Source: Hyphomicrobiales bacterium
GTDB lineage: Bacteria > Pseudomonadota > Alphaproteobacteria > Rhizobiales > CAJQND01
Assembly (NCBI GenBank): GCA_028285595.1
Contig: JANQOW010000053.1
Coordinates: forward strand, 2,079-66,078
Length of the DNA: 64,000 nt
Reading direction: 5' to 3'
The notes beneath the pieces were generated by a model, which made no database searches, was not told the DNA's origin, and saw only the letters and a list, made by a program, of their open reading frames with translations. Below are positions 29,145 to 38,002 of the stretch, piece after piece; the first letter of the stretch is position 1; each line of letters begins with the position of its first letter. A program made the translations under genes and the position numbers.

Positions 29145-30305
29145 TCATTGAGCCAGCATGTCCACCAAGCGGGACATGAAAGCTTCTCCCTTGCGGAACT
29201 GATCGACAGTTATGAACTCATTGGGTTGATGCGCCTGGGCAATATCGCCTGGGCCGCACACCACAACAGAGTACCCGCGCTCCTGAAACTGGCCAGCCTC
29301 AGTGCCGTAGCTGACGACATTGGTGCCATTGTCACCAGTGAGCTGCCGGGCGAGCGCTTCTGCTGACCCGTCCTGCTCGGGAACCAGGCCGGGCACGTCG
29401 AACTCAGGCACTTTGTGAATGCCGGCTTCTGAGTTGATCGCTTTCATCTCAGCTTCCAGTTCAGCGATCTTTGCCTCAAACCGTCTGACCCAATCTTCGG
29501 CATGCTCTCCGGGCACGATCCGGAACTCAAGCTGGAAACGGCAATCCTTGGCGGTGATATTGTGCGCCGTGCCGCCAGAAATCTGGCCCACATGCAGCGT
29601 GGTGTAGGGCGGCACAAAATCAGCCGCCAGAGGGCTGGGCGCCTTGGCGGCGTTCTCGGCATTCACCTGATTGGCCCAGTCAATCAACTTGGCCGCCATC
29701 ATGATGGCGCTGACGCCAGTATGAACCAGCGAAGAATGCACCTCGAAGCCTCGAAAATGCATTTCATAACCTATGCTGCCCTTGTGCCCTGTGACCACCT
29801 TCATCATGGACGGCTCGCCCACAAGCACTGTATCGGCACGGGGCAAACCTCTAGACACCATATGGTCGATCATGGGTGGTGCGCCGGTACACCCGACCTC
29901 TTCATCATAGCTGAGGGCAATCTGAAGAGGCCGCTTGATATCGCGCTCCAAGGCGAGTGGCACGGCGGCAAGCGCCAGGGCATCAAACCCTTTCATGTCG
30001 CATGTGCCGCGCCCGTGAAGTTTGCCGTCACGCTCGATCACCTGGAACGGATCGGTGTCCCAATTCTGTCCTTCAATCGGTACGACATCTGTATGCCCGG
30101 ACAGAACCACGCCCCCATCCACCTCCGGACCCACATGAGCATAAAGGGCCGCCTTTGTCCCATCCGCGTTGGGGACGCGAATGGATGGGATGTCAAAGCT
30201 GTTAAGATAGGTCTCGACGAAATCGACCAGTTCCAGATTGGAGTCTGAGCTGACGGTAGGAAACGCAACCAGCTCGTCTAACAGTTCACGCGCAGTCAAA
30301 TTCAT
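29145..30305 (-). CDS. M20 family deacylase (second ArgE-like paralogue)
   Basis: Same motif set as 24308-25471 (LSGHTDVVP, HGRGTCDMKG, SYDEEVG, HQPNEF). Identity between the two is roughly 40-50% by eye. Confidence 0.8.
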   Translation of the reverse strand: MNLTARELLDELVAFPTVSSDSNLELVDFVETYLNSFDIPSIRVPNADGTKAALYAHVGPEVDGGVVLSGHTDVVPIEGQNWDTDPFQVIERDGKLHGRGTCDMKGFDALALAAVPLALERDIKRPLQIALSYDEEVGCTGAPPMIDHMVSRGLPRADTVLVGEPSMMKVVTGHKGSIGYEMHFRGFEVHSSLVHTGVSAIMMAAKLIDWANQVNAENAAKAPSPLAADFVPPYTTLHVGQISGGTAHNITAKDCRFQLEFRIVPGEHAEDWVRRFEAKIAELEAEMKAINSEAGIHKVPEFDVPGLVPEQDGSAEALARQLTGDNGTNVVSYGTEAGQFQERGYSVVVCGPGDIAQAHQPNEFITVDQFRKGEAFMSRLVDMLAQ

Positions 30306-30416
30306 GGATCATCTTCGTTGAAAGCCCATAGACTGCCTGTTGTAACTCCGATCACGCGATGGCTTCCAGTCTGAAAATCGTCGAGCCTTGATCTTTCCGT
30401 ATCGCGGCCTTCTCCG

Positions 30417-31580
30417 TTACTCCGGAACAATCTCACCCGGCAGAGAATTGACCGTCATGGTCTCGCCGGGCCGGAAGTGAACAACGGACCGGATCGATTT
30501 TCCAGCCTTTAGAAGATCAAAGGCGGTGTTAATCTGGCTATGGGTCATATTGTGCGTGATGTAGGGATCAACACTGAAGTCACCGCGCATCCACTCATCA
30601 ACCATTCCCGGCAACTCGCTGCGGCCCAGCACTCCGCCAAACGCAGTACCGCGCCAGACCCGCCCCGTGACCAGTTGGAACGGTCTTGTGGAGATTTCCT
30701 GGCCGGCGCCCGCAACGCCGATGACGGTGCACTCGCCCCAACCTTTGTGGCAAGCCTCAAGCGCGGAACGCATCAGCTCCACATTCCCGACCGCCTCGAA
30801 GGTGTAATCCAGACCGCCACCTGTCATCTCTACAAGCACATCCTGGATCGGCGCATCATAGTCCTTGGGATTGATGCACTCCGTGGCGCCCAATGCTTTT
30901 GCCAGCAGGAATTTTTCCGGGTTGATATCGATCCCGATAATCTTGGAGGCGCCATTCATAACGGCACCCTGAATGACCGCCATTCCCACAGCACCCAGCC
31001 CGAACACCGCCACGCTGGCACCGGCTTCCACCTTGGCCGTATTTCGCACCGCGCCCATTCCGGTGGGCACGGCGCAGCCCATAACCGATGCTTTGGCGAG
31101 CGGTGCTTCCTTGGAGATCTTGGCAACAGAGATTTCAGGCAGCACGGTGTATTCGCTGAACGTGCTGGTGCCCATATAGTGCAGGATCTGCTTGCCCTTG
31201 TAAGAGAACCGGGAGGTCCCATCCGGCATCACTCCCGCACCTTGGGTCTGCCGGATGGTTTGGCACAAATTGGTTTTGCCCGACTTAATGTAGGGGCAAT
31301 CCGGATCCTCCGGGACGTAAAGAGGGATCACATGGTCTCCGGGCACCACGGACGTGACGCCTTTGCCCACTTCCTCAACCACCCCGCATCCTTCATGGCC
31401 CAGGATGCAGGGGAACAGGCCCTCCGGGTCTTCCCCGGATAAAGTGAATACGTCGGTGTGGCAAAGACTGGTCGTTACAATTCGGACCAGAACTTCTCCC
31501 TCCTTGGGGCCTTCAAGATCGATTTCCTCGATCTCCAGTGGACGGTTCGGTTCCCAGGCAATTGCAGCACGCGTTTTCAT
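30417..31580 (-). CDS. Class III-type Zn-dependent alcohol dehydrogenase (S-(hydroxymethyl)glutathione dehydrogenase-like) with a degenerate structural-zinc lobe
   Basis: Collinear with FrmA/ADH5-type enzymes ([22 protein letters not shown]..., [26 protein letters not shown]). Catalytic Zn ligands are retained. The structural-Zn motif CGECxFCx7C is replaced by DPDCPYIx7C. Confidence 0.85.
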   Translation of the reverse strand: MKTRAAIAWEPNRPLEIEEIDLEGPKEGEVLVRIVTTSLCHTDVFTLSGEDPEGLFPCILGHEGCGVVEEVGKGVTSVVPGDHVIPLYVPEDPDCPYIKSGKTNLCQTIRQTQGAGVMPDGTSRFSYKGKQILHYMGTSTFSEYTVLPEISVAKISKEAPLAKASVMGCAVPTGMGAVRNTAKVEAGASVAVFGLGAVGMAVIQGAVMNGASKIIGIDINPEKFLLAKALGATECINPKDYDAPIQDVLVEMTGGGLDYTFEAVGNVELMRSALEACHKGWGECTVIGVAGAGQEISTRPFQLVTGRVWRGTAFGGVLGRSELPGMVDEWMRGDFSVDPYITHNMTHSQINTAFDLLKAGKSIRSVVHFRPGETMTVNSLPGEIVPE

Positions 31581-31609
31581 GGCGAATCTCTCCCATTTTC
31601 ATTGAATGT

Positions 31610-32257
31610 TTAGTGAAGGGTCTCCTGGCTCGCCGATCCTTCAGGATCAGCAACGGGATCGAGGACCGCCACCAGCCGCGTTTCGCCAGTGCCTTCAATC
31701 GGCGGCGAGCGGTGCAGGAGGTTGGCCCCCGACCCTTCGGGCCAGAGGGAACCGCGCAGGAGGATCGGGGATCCCGTGGGCACGGTGTAAATCCGCTGAG
31801 GCGTCCCGGTTTCGGTTGAGAAGCCGTACTGCGTGCCAGTCCCCCGATAGGTGCAGATCAGGCGCGCGGAAACAGCATCTTTATGGAACTTTCGGCAAGC
31901 ATTGCTCGCAACCACGTCCAGGCGCAGCAGCAAATGCTCAACACGCATCAACTCAGCGAAGATATGGGCCAGGGCGGCAATATCATCAATCAACAGAGCC
32001 CGCTCAGCGCAGTCCGGTGTTTTGCATATCTCGCAAATATGAGACGCCGCATCCCGCACGTTTTCAGGCCGCAGGATCAATCGGGCCGACGGCAGATGTT
32101 CCGGCGCCAGCGCATCGATCCAGCTCTGAAAGGTGCGCAACGGTTGGCGAGGCCAGATGGCGGCGGCGCAATCCACACTGTGGATCACCGACAAGCCCTC
32201 AGGCGACTGCGCGACGGCGACCGCAGCTTCGGTGTCCACCTGCCCAACGAGCGTCAT
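31610..32257 (-). CDS. DUF1826 domain-containing protein
   Basis: 215 aa. The segment [24 protein letters not shown] matches my recollection of the DUF1826 signature. ATGA overlap with the stop of the upstream GTPase. Confidence 0.55.
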   Translation of the reverse strand: MTLVGQVDTEAAVAVAQSPEGLSVIHSVDCAAAIWPRQPLRTFQSWIDALAPEHLPSARLILRPENVRDAASHICEICKTPDCAERALLIDDIAALAHIFAELMRVEHLLLRLDVVASNACRKFHKDAVSARLICTYRGTGTQYGFSTETGTPQRIYTVPTGSPILLRGSLWPEGSGANLLHRSPPIEGTGETRLVAVLDPVADPEGSASQETLH

Positions 32258-33471
32258 GCGGCCGTCTCAACGCGGCGCCAAGCCGGGAAAGGGTCCGGCA
32301 AGTCTGGCAGATTGTCCATGCCGTATGCCTCATCCTCAGGCACCAGAGCTGCATCCAACCGCGCTTTCAAAGCCGGCCAGTCGATGCCGGCTCCGATGAA
32401 AACAATTTCCTGACGCCGGTCGCCCCACGGTTCCTGCCAGTGAGCGGCCATGTTGGCACGCGCACTGGGGTCATCGGGCCATCGGTCTTTGGGTACTGCG
32501 GCCCACCAGGGCCCTAACGGCTGGACAGAAGACAGAGCACCTGCGAGGGAGTATTCGAGCGCCCAGTCCGGCTGGGAGGAGATCCAGAAATGCCCCTTCG
32601 AGCGGATCACACCCGGCATCGGGCCGTTCACCAGAGCGTGAATCTTCTCTGGATGAAACGGTTGCTGTGCCCGGTAGACGTAACTGGTAACTCCATACTC
32701 CTCTGTCTCCGGCGTATGATCTGCAAAGCCATAGAGCTCTTTGACCCACATGGGGTACCCATGCGCTTTATCGAAGTCGAACAGCCCAGTATCCAGAACG
32801 CGGTCGGCCGGCACGTTCGAATGGTTGGTCTCTATGATCTCCGCATCGGCGTTCAAGCTCCGGATAATCTTGCGCGCGGCATCGACCTGATGAGGCTCGG
32901 CGTCGTCAACCTTGTTCAAGATCACCACATCGGCAAACTCAATCTGATCGGTAAGCAGGTGCACCAGCGTGCGCTCATCTTCCTCGCCCATGGTCTCGCC
33001 GCGATCCTGCAGGAAATCGTGGCTGGAAAAGTCCTTGAGCAGGTTCACCGCGTCTACCACCGTGACCATCGTGTCCAGGCGGGCAACATCCGACAGGCTC
33101 TCCCCGTTCTCATCGCGGAACTCAAAGGTCGCTGCAACGGGCAAGGGCTCTGAAATGCCTGTCGACTCGATTAGCAGGTAGTCAAAGCGCCCCTCGGCGG
33201 CCAGACGCCGAACCTCGGCCAAAAGGTCATCTCTCAGGGTGCAACAGATGCAGCCGTTGGACATCTCTACCAGGGTCTCATCGGTTCGGCTGAGTTCTGT
33301 GTCCGCCCGAACCAGATCGGCATCGATGTTCACTTCCGACATGTCGTTGACAATGACCGCAACGCGGCGCCCTTCCCGGTTATTGAGGACGCGGTTCAAA
33401 AGGGTCGTCTTACCCGCACCGAGAAATCCAGACAGAACGGTGACAGGAAGTCGTTTTTCTGACGTATTCAT
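32254..33471 (-). CDS. zigA: G3E-family (COG0523) metallochaperone GTPase, ZigA/YeiR-like
   Basis: P-loop [12 protein letters not shown], metal-binding [10 protein letters not shown] (CxCC), ESTGISEP and the NKVD motif. The long C-terminal CobW_C-type extension gives 405 aa. Confidence 0.85.
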   Translation of the reverse strand: MNTSEKRLPVTVLSGFLGAGKTTLLNRVLNNREGRRVAVIVNDMSEVNIDADLVRADTELSRTDETLVEMSNGCICCTLRDDLLAEVRRLAAEGRFDYLLIESTGISEPLPVAATFEFRDENGESLSDVARLDTMVTVVDAVNLLKDFSSHDFLQDRGETMGEEDERTLVHLLTDQIEFADVVILNKVDDAEPHQVDAARKIIRSLNADAEIIETNHSNVPADRVLDTGLFDFDKAHGYPMWVKELYGFADHTPETEEYGVTSYVYRAQQPFHPEKIHALVNGPMPGVIRSKGHFWISSQPDWALEYSLAGALSSVQPLGPWWAAVPKDRWPDDPSARANMAAHWQEPWGDRRQEIVFIGAGIDWPALKARLDAALVPEDEAYGMDNLPDLPDPFPAWRRVETAA

Positions 33472-33585
33472 TGAGGCCTCGTTGATGGATAATCTTGATT
33501 GCGCGCGTCAATTGGATCACGCATTGCATTTCCTGGCAGTTCCTCCCCGCCCGTCGGCCAGGGAGCCATGCGCTTCAATTCGGCG

Positions 33586-33609
33586 AAAATTGTTACGTTA
33601 TAACATCAC
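33586..33609 (-). promoter_or_regulatory. Candidate Zur box in the zigA promoter region
   Basis: AAAAT-TGTTACGTTATAACA-TCAC, a 7-1-7 dyad resembling the enterobacterial Zur consensus GAAATGTTATAWTATAACATTTC. It contains the perfect palindrome GTTATAAC. It lies about 120-135 nt upstream of the zigA ATG and overlaps a possible -10 (TATAAC on the minus strand). Confidence 0.5.
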
Positions 33610-33686
33610 TTTTCTCAAGTGAATTCTTGAGATAATCCCGCGCAAACCCATCATGTGGATCGGGACAACAGACACAAAGGGATAGC

Positions 33687-33717
33687 GCGCTGAACGAGGT
33701 GCTCGCCCGTTCAGCGC
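33687..33717 (-). terminator. Hairpin terminator downstream of the Fe-ADH gene
   Basis: Perfect 10-bp inverted repeat GCGCTGAACG / CGTTCAGCGC with an 11-nt loop. On the minus strand it is followed by GCTATCCCTTTGTGT. Confidence 0.55.
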
Positions 33718-33757
33718 TTGGAGACGATAGAATGTACGCCTTGCTTGGCTCTGGTGG

Positions 33758-34888
33758 TTAGAGCGCCTCGTGATAGAGCCGCTCATAGTCTTCGGCCGTC
33801 GCCTCACGCGGATTGGTGCGATGGGCGAGGTCAGCCAGCGCATGGTCAATGCATGGCGCAATCATGGCCTCTTCGACACCCATCTCCGACAGGCTCTTCG
33901 GCATACCGATCGACTGGTTCATGCGCTCAATCTCGGCGGCCAGATCTGCACCGGGTGCAAGGCCCATCGCCGTCCGCAGGCGTTCGTACTTCTCAGCCGG
34001 AGCGGACCCCTCGTTGAAGCGCAAAACGGACGGCAATAGCACGGCGTTTAGCGTGCCGTGATGCAGTCGCGGTTCAGAAAGACGGCCCAACGCATGGCTC
34101 ATCGCATGCACTGCGCCAAGTCCCTTCGGGAATGCCAGCGCACCTTCCGTGGAGGCCATCATCATTTCCCATCGCGCAGTGCGGTCAGAGCCTTCATGCA
34201 CAGCCCGCTCAAGATGCCGCCATCCACGCCACAGCCCATCAAGCGCGACACCGTCCGCCGGTGGGTTCACACTCGGCGAGAGATATCCTTCGATACAGTG
34301 GGTAATCGCATCCATGCCGGTGCCCGCTGTGATGGCGGAGGGAAGCCCAAGCGTCAGCTCAGGATCACATACGGCCGCGATCGGCACGAAACGTGGACCG
34401 CCAAAGGCAATCTTTCTTCCATCATTCAGCACAATAACAAAGCCGACGGATACCTCCGACCCGGTTCCCGATGTGGTTGGTACCGCCACAACAGGCGCAA
34501 TATCTTTCACATGGCGGTTGCCGCCGGCAAGCGGGTCGTATGTTGCCAGTTCACCGCCGCTCCCTGCCAGAAGCGCCACGCCCTTACCCAGATCCATGGC
34601 CGAACCGCCACCCAGACCCAGGACACCATCACAATCGGCGGCCTTGTAGACCTCAAGCGCTGCAACGGTTGCTTCCTCGGTCGGGTTCCCGGGGGTTTCG
34701 TCATAAACTGCCGCAGAGACAGCATCCCCCAGCACGTCTTTGACCGTATCGAGAATGCCGGCAGCCACAACGCCCTTATCGGTCGTGATCAGTGGTCGTT
34801 GCACCCCGGCACGCGAAAGCACCTTTGGCAGCATCTGCACGGCGCCAAAATCAAAATGTGTGGTTGTCAGATAAGTAAGTAACGCCAA
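33758..34888 (-). CDS. Iron-containing (group III) alcohol dehydrogenase
   Basis: 376 aa with the GGGS motif (LGLGGGSAMD) and metal-binding His cluster (AVHAMSHALG...HHG). Confidence 0.85.
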   Translation of the reverse strand: MALLTYLTTTHFDFGAVQMLPKVLSRAGVQRPLITTDKGVVAAGILDTVKDVLGDAVSAAVYDETPGNPTEEATVAALEVYKAADCDGVLGLGGGSAMDLGKGVALLAGSGGELATYDPLAGGNRHVKDIAPVVAVPTTSGTGSEVSVGFVIVLNDGRKIAFGGPRFVPIAAVCDPELTLGLPSAITAGTGMDAITHCIEGYLSPSVNPPADGVALDGLWRGWRHLERAVHEGSDRTARWEMMMASTEGALAFPKGLGAVHAMSHALGRLSEPRLHHGTLNAVLLPSVLRFNEGSAPAEKYERLRTAMGLAPGADLAAEIERMNQSIGMPKSLSEMGVEEAMIAPCIDHALADLAHRTNPREATAEDYERLYHEAL

Positions 34889-35117
34889 AGCCGCCTCCTA
34901 AAACCGTCGCACCATTGCGACACTCCGTGCTAACGCGCCACATCGCCGCCCAACGCACGGCGCCAAGTATGATCAAAGCAGCAGGACGTGGCAAGGTGTG
35001 GAACACTGCCGGGAGAGCCCGCAGCCTGCGCAGGATGTCGCATAGTTTTATCACAAGGGGTGGTGGCCGGAACGTCCGCAGCCTAAAGTGCACGGAAAAG
35101 AAGGAAGAGAGCCAGCT

Positions 35118-36356
35118 ATGTCAGAAAATCCCATCTTGTTCCGCAACGCAACACTCCTCGATGGCCGAGCGGACGAGGCCCTTTCAGATCATGATGTCCT
35201 GGTCGCGGACGGCAAGATCCAGGATGTCACCGCCTCGCGGCTCTCCACATCCGGTGCGGAGGTTGTGGATCTGGCAGGCAAGACATTGATGCCGGGCCTG
35301 ATTGACTGCCACGTCCATGTGATCGCGACCGATATCAACCTCACCGCAAACACCGAACTGCCCAACAGCCTGGTGTCTGTGCGTGCGGCAAAGCTCATGA
35401 ACGACATGTTGATGAGAGGCTTCACTACCGTGCGTGATCTGGGGGGCGCGGATATCGGCCTTAAGATGGCGGTTGAAGAAGGCAGCATCATCGGGCCGCG
35501 TCTGATCATTTGCGGCAAAGCCCTCTCTCAAACCGGCGGGCATACGGACTATCGCGGCCGTTTCCATCATCGCAGCATCGACTATTACAGCGATAGGGTT
35601 GGTGCTCTTGGCCGGGTTGTTGATGGTGTGGATGAGTTGCGCCGCGTTGCACGCGAAGAGATCATGGGCGGGGCTGAGTTCATCAAGCTCATGGCAAATG
35701 GAGGCGTTTCTTCGCCAACGGACCCAATCGCGTTCCTCGGATTCTCCCGCGATGAGATGAAGGCGGCGGTTGAGGAGGCCCATAACCATCAAACATATGT
35801 GGCCGCTCATCTCTACACCGATGAAGGCATCAGACGCGCTCTTGAGTGCGGGGTGATCTCCGTGGAGCACGGCAATCTCATTAAGCCTGACACTGCCAAG
35901 TTTCTGAAAGAGAGTGGCGCCTTCGTGGTGCCAACCAATATTGCTTATAACGCCCTGGCAAAGGTCGGCGCGGACCTTGGATTGCCGCCGGAATCGGTTG
36001 CCAAGATTGAAGATGTGCGCAGTGCCGGTCTCAAAGCCTTAGAAACGCTCGCAGATGCCGACGTAATGATGGCCTATGGCAGCGACCTTTTGGGCGGCAT
36101 GCATCCTTACCAGTCAGATGAGTTCATCCTGCGCTCTCGCTACTTGCCGGCAATGGAAGTTGTGCGGTCCGCGACGATCTACGCTGCAAAAGCCGTACGC
36201 GCTGAAGGTGAGATCGGGAGCATTGAGAAGGATGCCCACGCCGACTTGATCGTCGTGGACGGTGACCCACTCGCCGACCTCTCGCTGCTCACCGGTCAAG
36301 GAAAGCACCTACCGGTGATCATGAAAGGTGGAGCATTTGTGAAGCGCGAACTTTAG
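35118..36356 (+). CDS. Amidohydrolase family protein (metal-dependent hydrolase)
   Basis: Metal-binding motif PGLIDCHVHV, later His/Asp ligands (VAAHLY, VEHG, YGSD). ORF-track start 35088 is GTG; ATG 35118 is preferred. Confidence 0.8.
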   Translation: MSENPILFRNATLLDGRADEALSDHDVLVADGKIQDVTASRLSTSGAEVVDLAGKTLMPGLIDCHVHVIATDINLTANTELPNSLVSVRAAKLMNDMLMRGFTTVRDLGGADIGLKMAVEEGSIIGPRLIICGKALSQTGGHTDYRGRFHHRSIDYYSDRVGALGRVVDGVDELRRVAREEIMGGAEFIKLMANGGVSSPTDPIAFLGFSRDEMKAAVEEAHNHQTYVAAHLYTDEGIRRALECGVISVEHGNLIKPDTAKFLKESGAFVVPTNIAYNALAKVGADLGLPPESVAKIEDVRSAGLKALETLADADVMMAYGSDLLGGMHPYQSDEFILRSRYLPAMEVVRSATIYAAKAVRAEGEIGSIEKDAHADLIVVDGDPLADLSLLTGQGKHLPVIMKGGAFVKREL

Positions 36357-36382
36357 GAGCGCCGAGTTCGACGCTTAACCGC

Positions 36383-36754
36383 TCAGAAGCCGTCTGCTTT
36401 GTGGCCCAGAAAGACCTTGGTCACATCCTCAACCACATCCCAGGTGACGCGGCGACCGTCACGCGACAAGATACTGTCTCCAGGTCGCAGGTCGTAAATC
36501 TGACCATCAGTGTGATCGGTAAGGCGGCAGTGACCAGACAGGATCGTCATCAACTCATCACCCTGTTCAGTGCAGTCAACAACGCCTTTCGTGCAGCGCC
36601 AGATGCCAAACCGCACGGTGTGTCCCGGCCCCCCAAAGTCGAACCGTCCAGATGCGCGTGGCGTGCCTTCCTTGATTTGATAGTCCGAATCCGGGTTGTC
36701 AAACGGCCAATCGTCCAACTGGCCAACATCATCACCTGGCTTGTACATAAACAT
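36383..36754 (-). CDS. Cupin domain protein (DUF861/EutQ-like)
   Basis: About 123-aa single cupin barrel (FGIWRCTKG...DELMTILSGHCRLTD...PGDSIL). Preferred start is MFMYKPGDD at 36754, preceded by GGAG. The ATG at 36784 lacks an SD. Confidence 0.65.
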   Translation of the reverse strand: MFMYKPGDDVGQLDDWPFDNPDSDYQIKEGTPRASGRFDFGGPGHTVRFGIWRCTKGVVDCTEQGDELMTILSGHCRLTDHTDGQIYDLRPGDSILSRDGRRVTWDVVEDVTKVFLGHKADGF

Positions 36755-36961
36755 TGGGGTTCTCCAGATGCCGCTGTCGTCCATTGGGCTGGAACCGGCG
36801 ACAAAACTTTGTGTGGTTAAGCTCTTGCAGGGCCGTTAGGGTCCTCGGGAAGCGGATAACCTGAACCGACCGGTGACGCAACCTACCCAGGCGATGAGCA
36901 TCCGGCGTGACGCTTGTGCCGGTACATGTAGGCCGTTGCAATCACATTGAGGAACCGAGCG

Positions 36962-37609
36962 ATGAACCACGACCAGCAGCCCCAAGACAAATTCTCAAGA
37001 CTTCACGACGCACTCTGGGAGGCCATCGGCTCCCAGAACGCCAGGTTTCAGGAATTCCCAGTTGAGCAGCCAGAGTTCTCACCGGTTGAAGAAGGCTATT
37101 CCGACGCAAAAGTGGGCGACGATTTTCCCGTCATGAAGCACCTTGACGAGGCGCTTAAGATCGCCGGCGAGCATGGGTTCAAGAAGATCGCAGATGCCTT
37201 TGCGGAGGTCTCAGGCGAATTGCCCTGGTCGCAAAACCCTCGCTACACGGAAGCCAATGGCGGGTTGAACCTCTTGAACGGCTATGCCTATGCGAGCCTT
37301 TCTGGCCCTGAAGGGCCCATCAAGTGCATCGCACCGCGTGGAGGCTTCTACCTGATGGGCCCGGATGTGTTCTATCCAGACCATAACCACGCCCCAAGAG
37401 AGGCATATCTGGTGATGACGCCCGGGGTCGAGTGGCGTTTGGATAAGGGTGATTGGTTCCAGGTCGAGCCGGGTGATGTGATCTACCACTCCCCCTGGCA
37501 AATGCATGCCATGCGTTCAGCGGGCAACCCTGTCTTGGCCTACGCAGTTTGGCTTGAGCCCGGCAATCGCCTTGATATTCAGTGGAGCGAAGACCGCGAA
37601 AGCGCCTAG
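36962..37609 (+). CDS. Cupin protein resembling the DMSP-lyase family (DddL/DddQ-type motif)
   Basis: Cupin metal motifs YPDHNHAPREAYLV and PGDVIYHSPWQMHAMRS in a roughly 215-aa protein. ATG 36962 is preceded by GAGGAA; ORF-track start 36947 is TTG. The family call is tentative. Confidence 0.45.
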   Translation: MNHDQQPQDKFSRLHDALWEAIGSQNARFQEFPVEQPEFSPVEEGYSDAKVGDDFPVMKHLDEALKIAGEHGFKKIADAFAEVSGELPWSQNPRYTEANGGLNLLNGYAYASLSGPEGPIKCIAPRGGFYLMGPDVFYPDHNHAPREAYLVMTPGVEWRLDKGDWFQVEPGDVIYHSPWQMHAMRSAGNPVLAYAVWLEPGNRLDIQWSEDRESA

Positions 37610-37995
37610 GCCGGCGCCGCTGCACTTACATCAATCTCGATCACGAGCGCCGGATCGAACAAGGAAACGATGACGCCCGTGACGGCACAATGCATATGCT
37701 CGCCCAAATGACGGATCCGGGCCTCGCGGCTGAGCGGCAGATTATCGCGATCGGTCAGATGCATCTTGAGCCGCACAAGATTGTCGGTGGTCATGCCGAC
37801 ACCTTCCAGAAAGCCCGCCACGTTCTTCCAGGCTTGATTGATTTGTGCTGCAGGGTCCTCAAGCAGTTCACCGTCCTTGGTCACTCCAATGATGCCGGAA
37901 GAGAAGACCAGGCGCTCAGATGGGCCCACCTCAACCGCGTTATAGTAGAGCCCAATTGGAGAATAAATCTGCTCGGGATCGAATTTTCTAATCAT
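37606..37995 (-). CDS. RidA/YjgF/TdcF family (reactive enamine/imine deaminase)
   Basis: 129 aa; MIRKFDPEQIYSPIGLYYNAVEV...VFSSGIIG...IEIDV is typical of the family. The ATG at 37995 is preceded by GAGGGG, 7 nt after the upstream stop. Confidence 0.85.
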   Translation of the reverse strand: MIRKFDPEQIYSPIGLYYNAVEVGPSERLVFSSGIIGVTKDGELLEDPAAQINQAWKNVAGFLEGVGMTTDNLVRLKMHLTDRDNLPLSREARIRHLGEHMHCAVTGVIVSLFDPALVIEIDVSAAAPA

Positions 37996-38002
37996 GAGCC
38001 CC

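Noticed and set aside
31606-32517. 303-aa plus-strand ORF spanning the DUF1826/zigA junction
   Set aside because: It is antisense to two motif-supported genes. The translation is Arg/Pro/Ala/Ser-rich with no motifs, typical of a high-GC shadow ORF.
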